Assembly: GCA_951406725.2 (NCBI GenBank)
Contig: OX597814.1
Coordinates: 146,630,001 to 146,694,000 of the forward strand
Direction of reading: 5' to 3'
DNA length: 64,000 nt
From: Octopus vulgaris
Lineage: Eukaryota
A model generated the notes under the pieces. That model was given only the letters and a program-made list of their open reading frames with translations. It did not search any database and had not been told where the DNA came from. A program made the position numbers and the translations under genes. Every line of letters starts with the position of its first letter. The stretch's first letter is position 1. This document shows, one piece after another, positions 27,053 to 40,162 of the stretch.

Positions 27053-28554
27053 TCCACACACACATACACACATATACATATACATATACATATCATTGTT
27101 TATATACGTGTGAGTGTGCGTAAGAAGGTCTAGGTAATTTTCACAAACACTTGTACAAGACTATTATTACAAGTTCCCGAATCACAATAAAATACAACTT
27201 CTCAGAATGTTCTTAGTAAAGAAGCAAATCCATATCGTACATTCTAACTCCAGCTGCCTATACATATGTATTTGTATAAGTAAATGAATAATGTTAAATG
27301 AGTTTGGTTCCACTTTATGTAACTGTATTGTGTAGTTGTCGGTTTCTTTTTTCCTCTGCTTCATTGTTATAAATAGGAATCAAAATATGAGTATATGTCT
27401 ATCTTTATTAATATTTAACAGAAGTAACATAGTGATTCAAGTTTCGGTAGTTTCCCGCGTTGGCTCTTATCGAAGTTTGATAAGTACAAAAGCATGAAAC
27501 TTACTATGTTGCTTCTGCTAAACATTAATAAAGCCGATGGTTGTGGATGACTTTTTTCAGCAAGGTAAGAGGTTTATTACTGTATTATTGAATTTACACA
27601 CATACACAGATACAAACACATATATGTATGTATGCATGTATGACTGTATGTATGTAGATATGCATATATGTATGGATGTATAAAGGCATATATTTAACTG
27701 AGTATGTTTGTCAGCGCATGGGTTATGGATTCGATCAAGGATATACGCAAAAAAGGAAGAACATTCCCTAGGGAAGAACATTTCCAGCAATCTTAACTTA
27801 ATTATCAAGGCGAATCTCTGTGAATTCCAGTTGCGATACAACTGATGGGCTTCAATATAGTTTGCAGTTATGCAATCTGATATGTACAATTTTTACCTGG
27901 GTATAAAAAAATGACAAATACATTCGTCATAATTATAACTCTTCATTCCACAAATGCATGAAAAAATGCTTTTTAATTACAAAAAATTCAATCAGATTCA
28001 CATTGCATTATATATTTTCAGAGCTTCGTAATATATATGCAGCAAATTCATAAATGCACCTTAATTATTTGCAAAGTAATTTGCATTTAGGATTTGGATT
28101 TTTATTTTCTATGTAATTTATTTATGCCTACAGTAAGATAGTGATGGATAGATCATTCATAAAAAGTATGACGTTAAAGTGGTAATGACGTTAAATTGGA
28201 CACAACAATGTGTCCAGCACACTTAAATCATAAAGTTTTTGCATACCAATGTGCACGTATGTTACTGCTTCTATGTATACAAAGATATGACAGGCGTGTA
28301 TGTATACAAAGATATGACAGACGTAAATAGACGCCCCATAAATTATCGTTTTATGTTTATTCTAACTTGTAAAGGTTTATATTTTCTATTAATTGACATT
28401 TTAATGTTTCAGGTACTCTATGTGACAGTTTAATCATTCCATGTACAAAATAATTCTTAGAACTGTCTTGGAATTTCAAAGAGGCCGTATTGTTGGTTAA
28501 TCTGAAGGTGGACATAGTGTAAAATCGCAGAAAATATTGGGATCCCAATTTTAA

Positions 28555-29611
28555 AATTTAGTGTTTGTGCATTTCACCAGGGACAGGAAGTAGTCCACAT
28601 CACCTCGCTCAGGTCGACCAGCGGTCTCTGACATTACCATTCCCTTTGTTAAGAGAAGGCTGGAGGAAAATCCAAGTTGGAAGGCTTCTGACATAGCAGA
28701 ACACATTGATGTCAAACCCACAATAGATGTCAGATATCGCCACAAACTTAGTTGCTATGGCAAGTAAGTAAGAAGGAAGCCACTTCTTTGACTAGCCAAT
28801 ATCAAGTGGAGAAAAGATTTGGTCAGTGAGATGGTGGAGAGGTCACTAGCATTTTGGGACACTGACATATTCTCCAGTGAGTCCAGATTTGCTGTATTTT
28901 CTGACAGTGGCTGCGACTGGGTCTGGAGACTGTGATCAAGAATTTGACGTAAAAAAGTCGCAGCGGATAATGAAATACGGCAGATTTTCTGTCATGCCGT
29001 GTTTGATATTGGCTGGTCAAAGAAGTGGCTTCCTTCTCGCTTACCTGTGGCGATACCTGAAACATATTATGGGTTTAACATCAAAGTGTTCTGCTATGTC
29101 AGAAGCCTTGCAACTTGGATATTCCTCCACCCTTCTCTTAAGAAAGGGAAGTGTCCTCTCAGAAAGCCCTGGTCAACCCGGGCGAGGTGATGTGGAGCAA
29201 TGGTCAATCAGATTTGGTGGAGGGTGAAGATACATTTATGTCCATATTGCAGGAAGAACTCCGTCCAATCTTCTCAAATAGTGAAATGATTGATGAAAAC
29301 TTTTTATTCATGGAAGATGAGGCTCCCTCCTAACATGGCTAAAATGACCCAAGATTTGTTGGATGAGAATAGTATTAAAAAGCTTCCATGGCCAAGCCAG
29401 AAACGATATATGAAACATATTGAATACCTCTAGGGCATAACGGACAGGACACTTCATAAAAAGAAGAAAACATCTTCAAAGCCAGATCTTTTGCAAGTAC
29501 TGCATGAAACTGGCGAGAAATCCCCGATGGGATTATTCGTCATGTGTTCATTACAATGCCTGATAGGGTCCTGGCACCGAAAAATGCAAGGAAAATGTCT
29601 AGTAAATATTA
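28555..29611 (+). pseudogene. Tc1 (DD34E-type) transposase relic with internal inverted duplication
   Basis: Reads SPRSGRP...RRKPLL...FWDTDIFSSESRF...KYGRFSVM | MWSNGQSDLV...FLFMEDEAP...KKLPWPSQ...KHIEYL across stops and frameshifts. 29004-29198 is an antisense copy of about 28605-28805. Confidence 0.85.
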
Positions 29612-29629
29612 AATATTCACATTATAACA

Positions 29630-30036
29630 GGCGCAGGAGTGGCTGTGTGGTAAGTAGCTTGCTAACCAACCACATGGTTCCGGGTTCAGTCCCACTGCGT
29701 GGCATCTTGGGCAAGTGTCTTCTGCTATAGCCCCGGGCCGACCAATGCCTTGTGAGTGGATTTGGTAGACGGAAACTAAAAGAAGCCTGTCGTATATATG
29801 TATATATATATAAGTGTGTGTGTATATGTTTGTGTTTGTCTTCCTAGCATTGCTTGAAACAGATGCTGGTGTGTTTACGTCCCCGTCACTTAGCGGTTCG
29901 GCAAAAGACACCGATATAATAAGTACTAGGCTTACAAAAAATAAGTCCCGGGGTCGATTTGCTCGACTAAGGGCGGTGCTCCAGCATGGCCGCAGTCAAA
30001 TGACTGAAACAAGTAAAAGAGTAAAAGAGTAAAGAG
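29630..30036 (+). mobile_element. tRNA-derived SINE, family A, inserted just after the Tc1 ORF
   Basis: Full-length match to 1879-2285; possible TSD TAACA. Confidence 0.9.
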
Positions 30037-30533
30037 TAACAAATAATAAATAATTTGAATGTATAACTTCAGATTTAAAGAAATTTTAATGATTATATGC
30101 GTGTCTAATTAATTCTATTACATATATGAAAGTATATACAATGACAGAATTTGAAAAAACTCCAAGTTGCGTACCAGTACTTCTAATTGATACTAAAAAA
30201 CATGTAGCCCAAAACCCAATAACATTTCAATCTGCTCATACGTTTTCCATAGTATATACAGTCTTCTTCACCATATTATCTACTTTATGAATCTTGGTGA
30301 GTTTATGATTATATCTAAGTATTAATAAATGATATATGTTTAATGACTATGTGTGTAATGTGGAGTAAATTTCAATGCGTAAAAATGGCGTCAAGTTCAG
30401 TAAAATAACATTGATTCGGATTTAAAACTTTGATAGATCTACATAGAGGCGCAGATTCGAACACTGATATCTATGTAAGTATGTGCATTCATACTCGCAC
30501 ATATGCTCCCAAGCATGCATACACACACAAATA

Positions 30534-30609
<76 letters not shown>

Positions 30610-32262
30610 TCTATTCTAAAAAATGTTAACCGACAATGCTCTAAGGTGAGTGTATAAAAAGTGAATCACAGTGTATTTTCTTCTATAAATTAAGATCATC
30701 TATATGTTTTTTTTTTAAATGGAACTCGTAAGAAACTTTCACTCCAATATCATATGTAGCACGAGCACTCATATATACGCACAAATGTGAGCTGTTTTTT
30801 TTTATATTATAGTCAAACACAATACCCATATGTCTTCCGTATGTTTCTATATATGTTCATGACTATGCAGTTGCGTATATATGTGTTTGGTTTCTTTTTC
30901 CTGGAGCATATTATATACTTTATTTGTTTATTGGATACAATTTTACAAAGAACGAGAAAGTGTTGATTTTCACCTGGGGATGTTGGTTTTTTTTTTAAAG
31001 TTTCGTTTTGTTATATTGTCTGTAACATTCATTTATTATTTTCTATGTTTGTGTGTATTTGTTTTTTTTTTTCTTTGAGTGTATAAACAAGGCTCAGGTG
31101 TTAGGAAAGAAAAATATAATATTGAAGAAATAAAATAACGCAACAAATAGAAGTAAGCTACAAGAAAAATAACTACAAATGAATTAAAACATCAAGTAAT
31201 AAAACGAAAAAAAAATCACATTCATTGATTAAGTTTGTGAAGAAATATCGATAATGTTCTAAAGAGAAATAAAAGTATGTGTTGGAAGTTGAAAGTACCA
31301 GCAGCAAAAAGGAAGAGTAAGCTGCAAAATTTCCAACAATGGCTATTATGAAATGCATTCGATTAGTTCTCTCGTATAAATCGCAAAAACTAATTCGTGT
31401 CATTCCATTGATACAAAACAGTACAAAAAATATGTATGCAACATCCTTAATGTGAAAGAGTATTGAAAACTAAAAGTGAAAAACGAAATACGAATTGATA
31501 AAATTTAGTAGGGCAATGTGTAATGACGTAAGTAACAAACATTAATTTGTACAGAAAAGACAAATGTGACGCAAATCAAAACTAAAGAATAAAAAATATA
31601 AATATTTTAAAAATTAACTTCAATAAATAACGCTTGGCAAAAGAAAACTGAATTAATAAATCTTAATAAACTGCAGAATTTGAATTTCAGTTTTTAAATA
31701 TTCGCCATATAAATAATATCATAGAAATGAGTAACGTGATAGTTTTGTGTTTTTGAAAGTTTCTTCGTTTCTTTCTGAAGGACCATAAACTAAAAACGCC
31801 AGAAAAACACACTGGATCAATGTAATGATCTAAAATGCCAAGAAGCACCGCTAGAATACAAACATAAATACATCAATACAGCCATAAATACTCATATACA
31901 TACATACTTACACACACACACATATACATACACATACATATACATAGACACATATTTGTATATACACACATATTCATGCACGCATACACATATGTGGAGT
32001 CTCGGGCGATTTGACAATGTTCAATCTATAAGGAAATGAATGGCTGGTTGATAAACCACTCACTCAATCGATCTTCAATGTTCAGGAGAAGTCAATTTGA
32101 ACGTCATTTGGAACCAAACCGAAAGATCCATGTAATAACAGATATCTCTGCTGTTGCATAGGGTAAAATAGTCTGGTATGCAGTGGAATGTTATGATAGC
32201 CTGCTTCTATTTTGCTTCGTTCCAAAATATCCAACGTAAAAACTCTGTATGTACGTATATAT

Positions 32263-32382
32263 ATATGCATGTCAATTTTCAGTTTATTTCAAGATTTATT
32301 GCGAATAGAGAAAGAATCGGTTTCTCACCTAAATCCAAGGCTCCTTCAGTGGGATTTCAACATCAAAAACAGGGAATTTCTC

Positions 32383-32423
<41 letters not shown>

Positions 32424-33330
32424 ATGCATGTATGTATGTATGTATGTATGTATGTATGTATGTATGTATGTGGAGGCGCAAAGGCCCAGTGGTTAGGGCA
32501 GCGGACTCGCGGTCTTAGGATCGTGGTTTCGATTCTCAGACCGGGTGCTGTGAGTGTTTATTGACTGAAAACACCTAAAGCTCCACGACGCTCCGGCAGC
32601 GGGTGGTGGTGAACCCTGCTGTACTCTTTCACCACAAGTTTCTCTCACTGTTTCTTCCTGTTTCTGTAGTACCTGTATTTCAAAGGGGGCCAGCCTTGTC
32701 ACACTCTGTATCACGCTGAATCTCCCCGAGAACTACGTTAACGGTACACGTGTCTGTGGAGTGCTCAGCCACATGCACCTTAATTTCACGAGCAGGCTGT
32801 TCCGTTGTTCGAAACAACTGGATAACTCATCGTCGTAACCGACGGAGTGTCAGTAACATACGTAATATGTATGTGTGTATGCATGTATGTATGTATGTAT
32901 ATATGTTTGTATGTATGTATGTATGTACGTACTATGTACGTATGTGCAGATTTGTATGTTTTATATATGTATTCTAATGGATTAGTTGCATATCTAGACA
33001 AGTTCGGATATATTTAAACTTCTGGGAAATTTTACTTATTTTTACAGTTCCAGTAATGGATTGGATCTGTAGTCTTCTAGTTAGCTTTCTCCATTCTGGC
33101 TTTGGGAAGCCTAATTTCTCAAGGTTGGTATTTAGGCTGTGTGTTACATATCCCATGGATCCAATAATTATAGGTATAAGCCTGAACTTGTTATCTGGAT
33201 ACAGTAACGGTAGATTTCTCAATAGTTCAGTATAGGTATTCTCTTTTTCACTGATCTTCTGCTTTATGTTAACATCCGCTGGGCAACAAATTTCCGCAAC
33301 TGTGCACATTTTCTCTTCTATCTTTCCGTT
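32263..33330 (-). mobile_element. 5'-truncated R4/Dong-like RLE LINE (endonuclease C-terminus + 3' UTR), interrupted by a SINE
   Basis: ORF 32974-33309 CTVAEICCPADVNIKQKISEKENTY..L...IPIIIGSMG is the E/K-K-Y and P-h-h-h-G-x-x-G region of restriction-like endonucleases. The 3' UTR matches 6700-6895; (CATA)n-type repeats lie at the 5' junction and internally. Confidence 0.85.
32472..32857 (+). mobile_element. tRNA-derived SINE, family B (OR-type)
   Basis: A box GGCCCAGTGG, B box GGTTTCGATTC, central CCCTGCTGTACTCTTTCACCAC domain; sits in the (TATG)n of the LINE 3' UTR. Confidence 0.85.
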
Positions 33331-33340
33331 TCTATATATG

Positions 33341-33372
<32 letters not shown>

Positions 33373-33824
33373 TGTATGTATGTATGTATGTATGTATGTA
33401 TGTATGTATGTGTGTATTATCCTGAATGGAATATGTCCTTGTATTTGAGATCAAACACTTTTTGAGAGCATCTCCTCAAATATTCAGATGTAAAGACAAC
33501 CAGTCGACCTAGAGGAATAGAATGATCTCTAAAATACACAATAATAATGACAGAAGAGAATATACTCACCAACATTGAAACGCAAGTAATAATATACATA
33601 TAACAATATTTTTGTATGAAGACAAAGCATGACTTAAAAATGACTACAACAGGTGGTGCTATTAAGGTAAACATCTTCAGAGAAAATCTTTGGCCGAAAC
33701 ACATCTGTATATGTGTTTGTGTGTATGTGTGTGTGTGTGTGTGTGTTTGTGAATGTGTGCATGTAAGTATGTATGTATTATCTATTTATCTATCTATATA
33801 TCTATATATCTATCTATCTGTCTA

Positions 33825-33864
<40 letters not shown>

Positions 33865-33865
33865 C

Positions 33866-33983
<118 letters not shown>

Positions 33984-34079
33984 CCGTGGCTTCTTTCATT
34001 CATTACACCACAGATATACTGGGGCAGCGCTATAAAGAGCTGGTCGAACATATCAATTCCAGTACTCTAAGATTGGCGA

Positions 34080-34151
<72 letters not shown>

Positions 34152-36765
34152 TATTTGTGTGTGTATGCATGCTTGGGAGCATATGTGCGAGTATGAATGC
34201 ACAATGTAGATCTACACACGTTCTCTCTTGTCAACTCTACAAAAATTATTTTCAAAATGTGAAAATGGAATTATCCTTTGAATTTGGGAATTCTCAATAA
34301 ATCCATTGCCGTTACCGACTTCCTAAACCCAATACATTTCTTTCCCCATATCTTTCTTGAATATTCTTTAAACGCATTTTTCACTTTGTGGTGGGACATA
34401 TATTCTATGTCAAGTTTATGTATTTTAAATTTCATCTGAAATTATAGGGAAATTATGCGTAGATTCTTTTCCATTCAAGTTTTCACATTTTGCCACCAAT
34501 TCTTTGTTGTATATATTTCTTATAGATATTTTTGTAGCAGTCTCTTTTCCTCACCTTGACACATGTTTTCATATATCATCCCTGTAAAATCACAGTTTAG
34601 TTACTGTTCAACTCATTTTGATCGATCTTTTTGTCATTTGTTTTCCTGATAAACCAGTGTCTCACGTTTTGGCATCATTCATATTGCAATGCACCACCTT
34701 TTAAAGAGGTTTGATAAATAGAGGCTCAACAATAGCTGCTTTTGCAGGATATGGTTATATAAAATCCTTTATTTGCTAAAAATGTAAAAATGTAAAACGA
34801 TGGAGACTATCTTTGAGATGCTAGCTGAGAATAAGTTACTTGATCTCTTTTTCAAGAATATAGATTGAAAATCCTTACATGACATTCCGATTTGATCCTT
34901 GAATGTCATTAATGACAATTTCCAATCTCATTTTAGCTTCCGGGTAAAGTGCTTTTTATATTGTTCCTCTCTCGATCCAAACGTTTGATTTCTTAAGCAC
35001 ATACTGCCATCCTCAAATAATATTCTTGCCTGCATCACAAATTTCCTTATATCGTGTATGTATTTGATTAAAGTCTTCGCCTTTGTCTATGTGTTCCACC
35101 AATTTCTATTATCATCTGCCTGTAAAATTTACGAAACTGTGTGCTCTGCAAAACTTTCACACGTTTCTTCTACTTGTAATTATTTTTGCAAATCTATGTC
35201 CTTTTCTATACTGTAAATCAAGAAGAAAAATAAAACGTTTCAATACATTGTTTTGGAACATGATTGCTCTTTACAGCTACAGTGCTATAAATTTGATCTG
35301 CAAAATAGTGGCTTACAAAGAGACTCAATTATAATCATTTAAATCAGAAATTACAGAATAATTACAGCATAAAAGTGTGTTATACATTAATCTTTCGTAT
35401 ATACACAACATAAAAGCACATAGTTTTCTAATTTAAACACGTTGTTAATTTTAAAGTTTAGGCTTTAGTCGATTAAATTAACCAAATATAAGACCGTTAC
35501 TTTATCTTATCGATCCTACAGTGATGAAAATTTAGGTCACCCTTAATGAGATGAATAATAAGATTATAAAATCTGATCAGAAAATTCCCAATGCTCTCAA
35601 TTTTCTGTCCACATAAGGCCATGTACCCCAGAGATTTATATTGAGAATTTATGTAATTGTCATTACTCACATATTCCTTCTGAGAAAAATTGATTGAAAT
35701 TGTCAAATGAATTCTGGTCATGTACATTTCGAACTTCACCCCTCTGCACAAATGGGCACCAAAACTACTTATTTCATATCAAATTATCCCAAAATTACCA
35801 GCGTCAGAAATAAATAGAAATGAGTTACCTCGATAAAGAAAATACTATTCTTCACAGTAAATAATGACTTGAAGGATATAAATTAAATTTGCAAAGAATA
35901 TGAATTTCTATAATTCGGAAAGCTAGTTGGAAAGTATATTCGATATGAAACAATTCTTGAAAGACAACAAATCTGATGTTATTAAGTCTTCAAAATAATG
36001 TAGAGATATAATATCCAACGAAAAATAATAATTTTATGTTTAAAGTAATCATCTGACCTTTGTTCAAATGCAGTTTGAGAGGTTTAGACAAGTTACGATA
36101 ATTTTCTAAGTCATCAGCGAAACTGATTTCTTAAGATTGCTTTGATTAGAGGACCAACATTTCAGAACAAGAATGAGTCACGGAAAATGTTGTTCCGTAT
36201 AATTGAGGTAATTACAAGAAATAAACTAGTGAAAACAACTAAAACTTCGCAATGGAATTTTCTCATATTAGAAGTCGATGTGGTCAATGACTTAGGCAAC
36301 AGACATCAAGTTAATAGATACTAAACATTTACTCAGCAAAATAGGAAATATGTCAATCTGTCGCAACTTTCAAAACAAACAGAGCTAATGTGGAAATAGA
36401 ATTAATTTCTTTATATATTGTATATAGATATTCCCGGCACATTACTATCATTTACCAAACAAAGAAGAAGCGAAAAAACACAGGCGTGTATGGAAGTGCG
36501 TTCAAAACCTTCGCTTCGCAGGTACGCAGGGCCAGATAACTAATTTTATTTCAAAGGAAAATGGAACTCAAAACGTGTATGTGTTTCTTTTACTAGAAAA
36601 CAGAAGCAATGGAGTGAATCAAGGACGGATAGTTTCGTGAGCTCACACTTATCAAACAAATAAATGCTACCGCACGAAACTCTCGGATCAATTATAGTGA
36701 TCCATCAAATTTTTCATATCTTCTCCATCTTCTGTGTCTCTCATTAATCAAATATACATATACAT

Positions 36766-36814
<49 letters not shown>

Positions 36815-36819
36815 GAGAG

Positions 36820-36855
<36 letters not shown>

Positions 36856-36857
36856 TT

Positions 36858-36905
<48 letters not shown>

Positions 36906-38442
36906 AACCTGGAAATGGATGCGTGGCGTTCAATGATATAATAATATAACTGATATATAAGTATATGCATATATACATACATATATGCATATACCTACAT
37001 ATATATGTATATATATATGCACATTTGGGTACAGGACATAAAAAAAACGTGAACAAAAAGAGAAACGAGAATATAATAAAAACAGAAAACGAACATTTTC
37101 GAGCAACGAAAGGAAGAAATAGAGACACGAGACAGGCAACATAACGAATATTCCCTTCATCAGATATCCCCTGTTGTATCTATTCCCCCTGTCGAATGTA
37201 GGAGCAAGACGCAACTTCGTTAAAAATGTCCTTCCCACAAAGCGAATTACATAAAATTTAGGATATTTTGCGGAGGGTTAATGTGGTAACAAAACCAGGA
37301 CAGTGAGCACAAAACAGTAAAAACAAACGGTGAAGGTTGTTAAGCCAAAACGACGTGAAGAGGTGATCGCTGGAAAAATGAGTTTTGAGAAGAAGCAAGT
37401 AAAAGCGCGTCGTGTTTTTAAGAAGGAGGTGTAGGAAAGAAAGATAAATAGCCTTTGGTCACATGTGAGCAACGAGAGAGTCAAGGAGGAAGAGTGAGAG
37501 AGATAGAGGGAAAGGTGAAGGGGAGATTATTAGAATAGGGAAAGAGTGGGAGAGAAAAACAGAAAGGAAGAAGAACAGGAGACGGAGATAGAAAGAAGAA
37601 ATAAAAGTAGAACAAGAGTGCGCTTCGTAATTATTAAGATAAAACTTACTTGGAAATGGATGCGGGGCGTTCGATCATATAACAATATAAATAATGTATA
37701 AGTATATGCATATATGCATACATATATGTATATACCTACATAAATATGTATATAGACATGCATATTATGGGTACAGGACATCAAAAAGACGTAAACAGAA
37801 AGAGAAAAGATAACATATAAAAAGCGAACATTTTTTCGAACAACAAAAGAAACAAATAGAGAAACGAGACAGGCAACGTAAAGACATTCCCTCTGTTTTA
37901 TCTACTCCGCTTTCCGAAAGTAGGGACAAGATGCGACTTCGCTAAAACAATCCTTCCCGATGTATTTTTCTGTTCTCGTTTTTCTTTTTGTTCACGATTT
38001 TTTATGTCCTGTATCCATATATGCATATATATATACATATATAAGTAGGTGTGCACAAATATGTATGTATATATGTATATAATACAGTTCTATATTTTAG
38101 AGATGTGGAATTATGCACGTTATTTACATTCTTTACAATTGACAGATATTTGTCCTCATCTTGTTGTTAACGCAATGTTTCGGGTGATATACACTCCAGC
38201 CTTCATTAGAAGTCTTGGGGAAATTTCGGCCCTAAGTTCTCAAACCTAGCGTATTTTCAATGTTGTTGTTATTGTTGTTGTTCTTGTTGTTGTTGTTGTT
38301 CGCGTTCTTGTTGTTGTTGTTCATATTATTATTATTATTTTTCTTTTTCTTCTTCTTTTTCTTCTTCGTCTTCTTTTTTCTTCTTCTTCTCCTTCTTCTT
38401 CTTTTTTTCTTCTTCTTCTTCTTCCTCTTCTTCTTCTCATTA

Positions 38443-38480
<38 letters not shown>

Positions 38481-39035
38481 GAGTGAGAGAGCAGTTCATG
38501 CCATCAAAGTGACACTGGGATAAAATATACGAAGCCCAATACACCCATCATGACTACCCGTCTGATAAGGGTACACCAGGCACATGCATCACAACTATAT
38601 GTGCGCGACATGGTGATCTCATATCAAGATAAACAGCACATGACCTTGCAGGTGGGGCCCAGTTAGAAATTTCTTCAGGTTTCGTAGCCCATCCCGCTCA
38701 ACAGGTCCCTGAATAAGGGTTGTTTAAGGATGTTGAAAGAACCACCCATGTTTCCAGAGGTGAATTATTCAAACCCCAAAGAATCCCTCTCAACACATGG
38801 CTATGATGCTTCCCCACTACTTCTGCTCGTGATCAGAGATGCACATATCTTCAGCCACTAAGGGACATGCTCAACTGGTTAAGGTCAAACAACTGACAAG
38901 CAAATCTGTGGTATTGAGCAGAATATTTGCTGTAGCCCATCTTTTATACCAAGACAAAATAATGGACATGATGACACTTCCAATCAGTTAAGATCAGAAG
39001 CCATAAGAGCTACAGCCTGGTACTGCATCAGGGCA
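38481..39035 (-). mobile_element. (TAA)n-embedded retroposon copy 1 (non-coding, ~555 bp)
   Basis: Near-identical to 39261-39751 and flanked by (TTA)n on both sides. The shared left end and variable right end imply minus orientation with 5' truncation. Confidence 0.75.
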
Positions 39036-39219
<184 letters not shown>

Positions 39220-39260
39220 GTATGATTATTATTATTATTATCATTATTATTATTATCATT

Positions 39261-39751
39261 GAGTGAGAGAGCAGTTCATGCCAGCAAAGTGACACTGGGG
39301 TAAAATATACGAAGCCCAATATACCCATCATGACTACCCGTCTTATAAAGGTACACCAGGCACATGCATCACAACCATATGTGCGCGACATGGTGATCTC
39401 ATATCAAGATAAACAGCACATGACCTTGCAGGTGGAGCCCAGTTAGAATTTTCTTCAGATCGAGTAACCCATCCCGCTCAAACGGTCCCTGAATAAGGGT
39501 TGTTTAAGGATGTTGAAAGAACCACCCATGTTTCCAGAGGTGAACTATTCAAACCCCAAAGAATCCCTCTCAACACATGGCTATGATGCTCCCCCACTAC
39601 TTCTGCTCGTAATCAGAGATGCACATATCGTCAGCCACTAAGGGACATGCTCAACTGGTTAAGGTCAAACAACTGACAAGCAAATCTGTGGTATTGAGCA
39701 GAATATTTGCTGTAGCCCATCTTTTATACCAAGACAAAACAATGTGCATGA
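39261..39751 (-). mobile_element. (TAA)n-embedded retroposon copy 2 (truncated)
   Basis: Same start GAGTGAGAGAGCAGTTCATGCC as 38481; ends about 65 bp earlier. Confidence 0.75.
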
Positions 39752-39769
39752 TTATTATTATTATTATTA

Positions 39770-39803
<34 letters not shown>

Positions 39804-39988
39804 CATTATTATTATTATGATTATTATTATTATCAATATTCAGGCCATTGCCTGGAATCAAACTCTGAATCTTGGGGTTAGTAACCTGCACTCTTAACCA
39901 CTACGCCATATGTCCGTGGGCATAAGGTTTAGTGGTTAAAAGCGTGGGCTACCAAACTCAAGATTCCGAGTTCGATTCCAGGGAGTGA

Positions 39989-40088
<100 letters not shown>

Positions 40089-40103
40089 AACAACAACAAC
40101 AAC

Positions 40104-40162
<59 letters not shown>

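Noticed and set aside
28270-28325. 27-bp tandem duplication (similar short duplications near 13560, 14155 and 15540)
   Set aside because: Ordinary slippage duplications.
34300-35125. Purine-rich minus-strand stretch after an acceptor-like TTTACAG
   Set aside because: All frames close quickly and no family is recognisable; similar unassigned stretches at 5800-6650, 31100-31700, 35800-36400 and 47800-48300.
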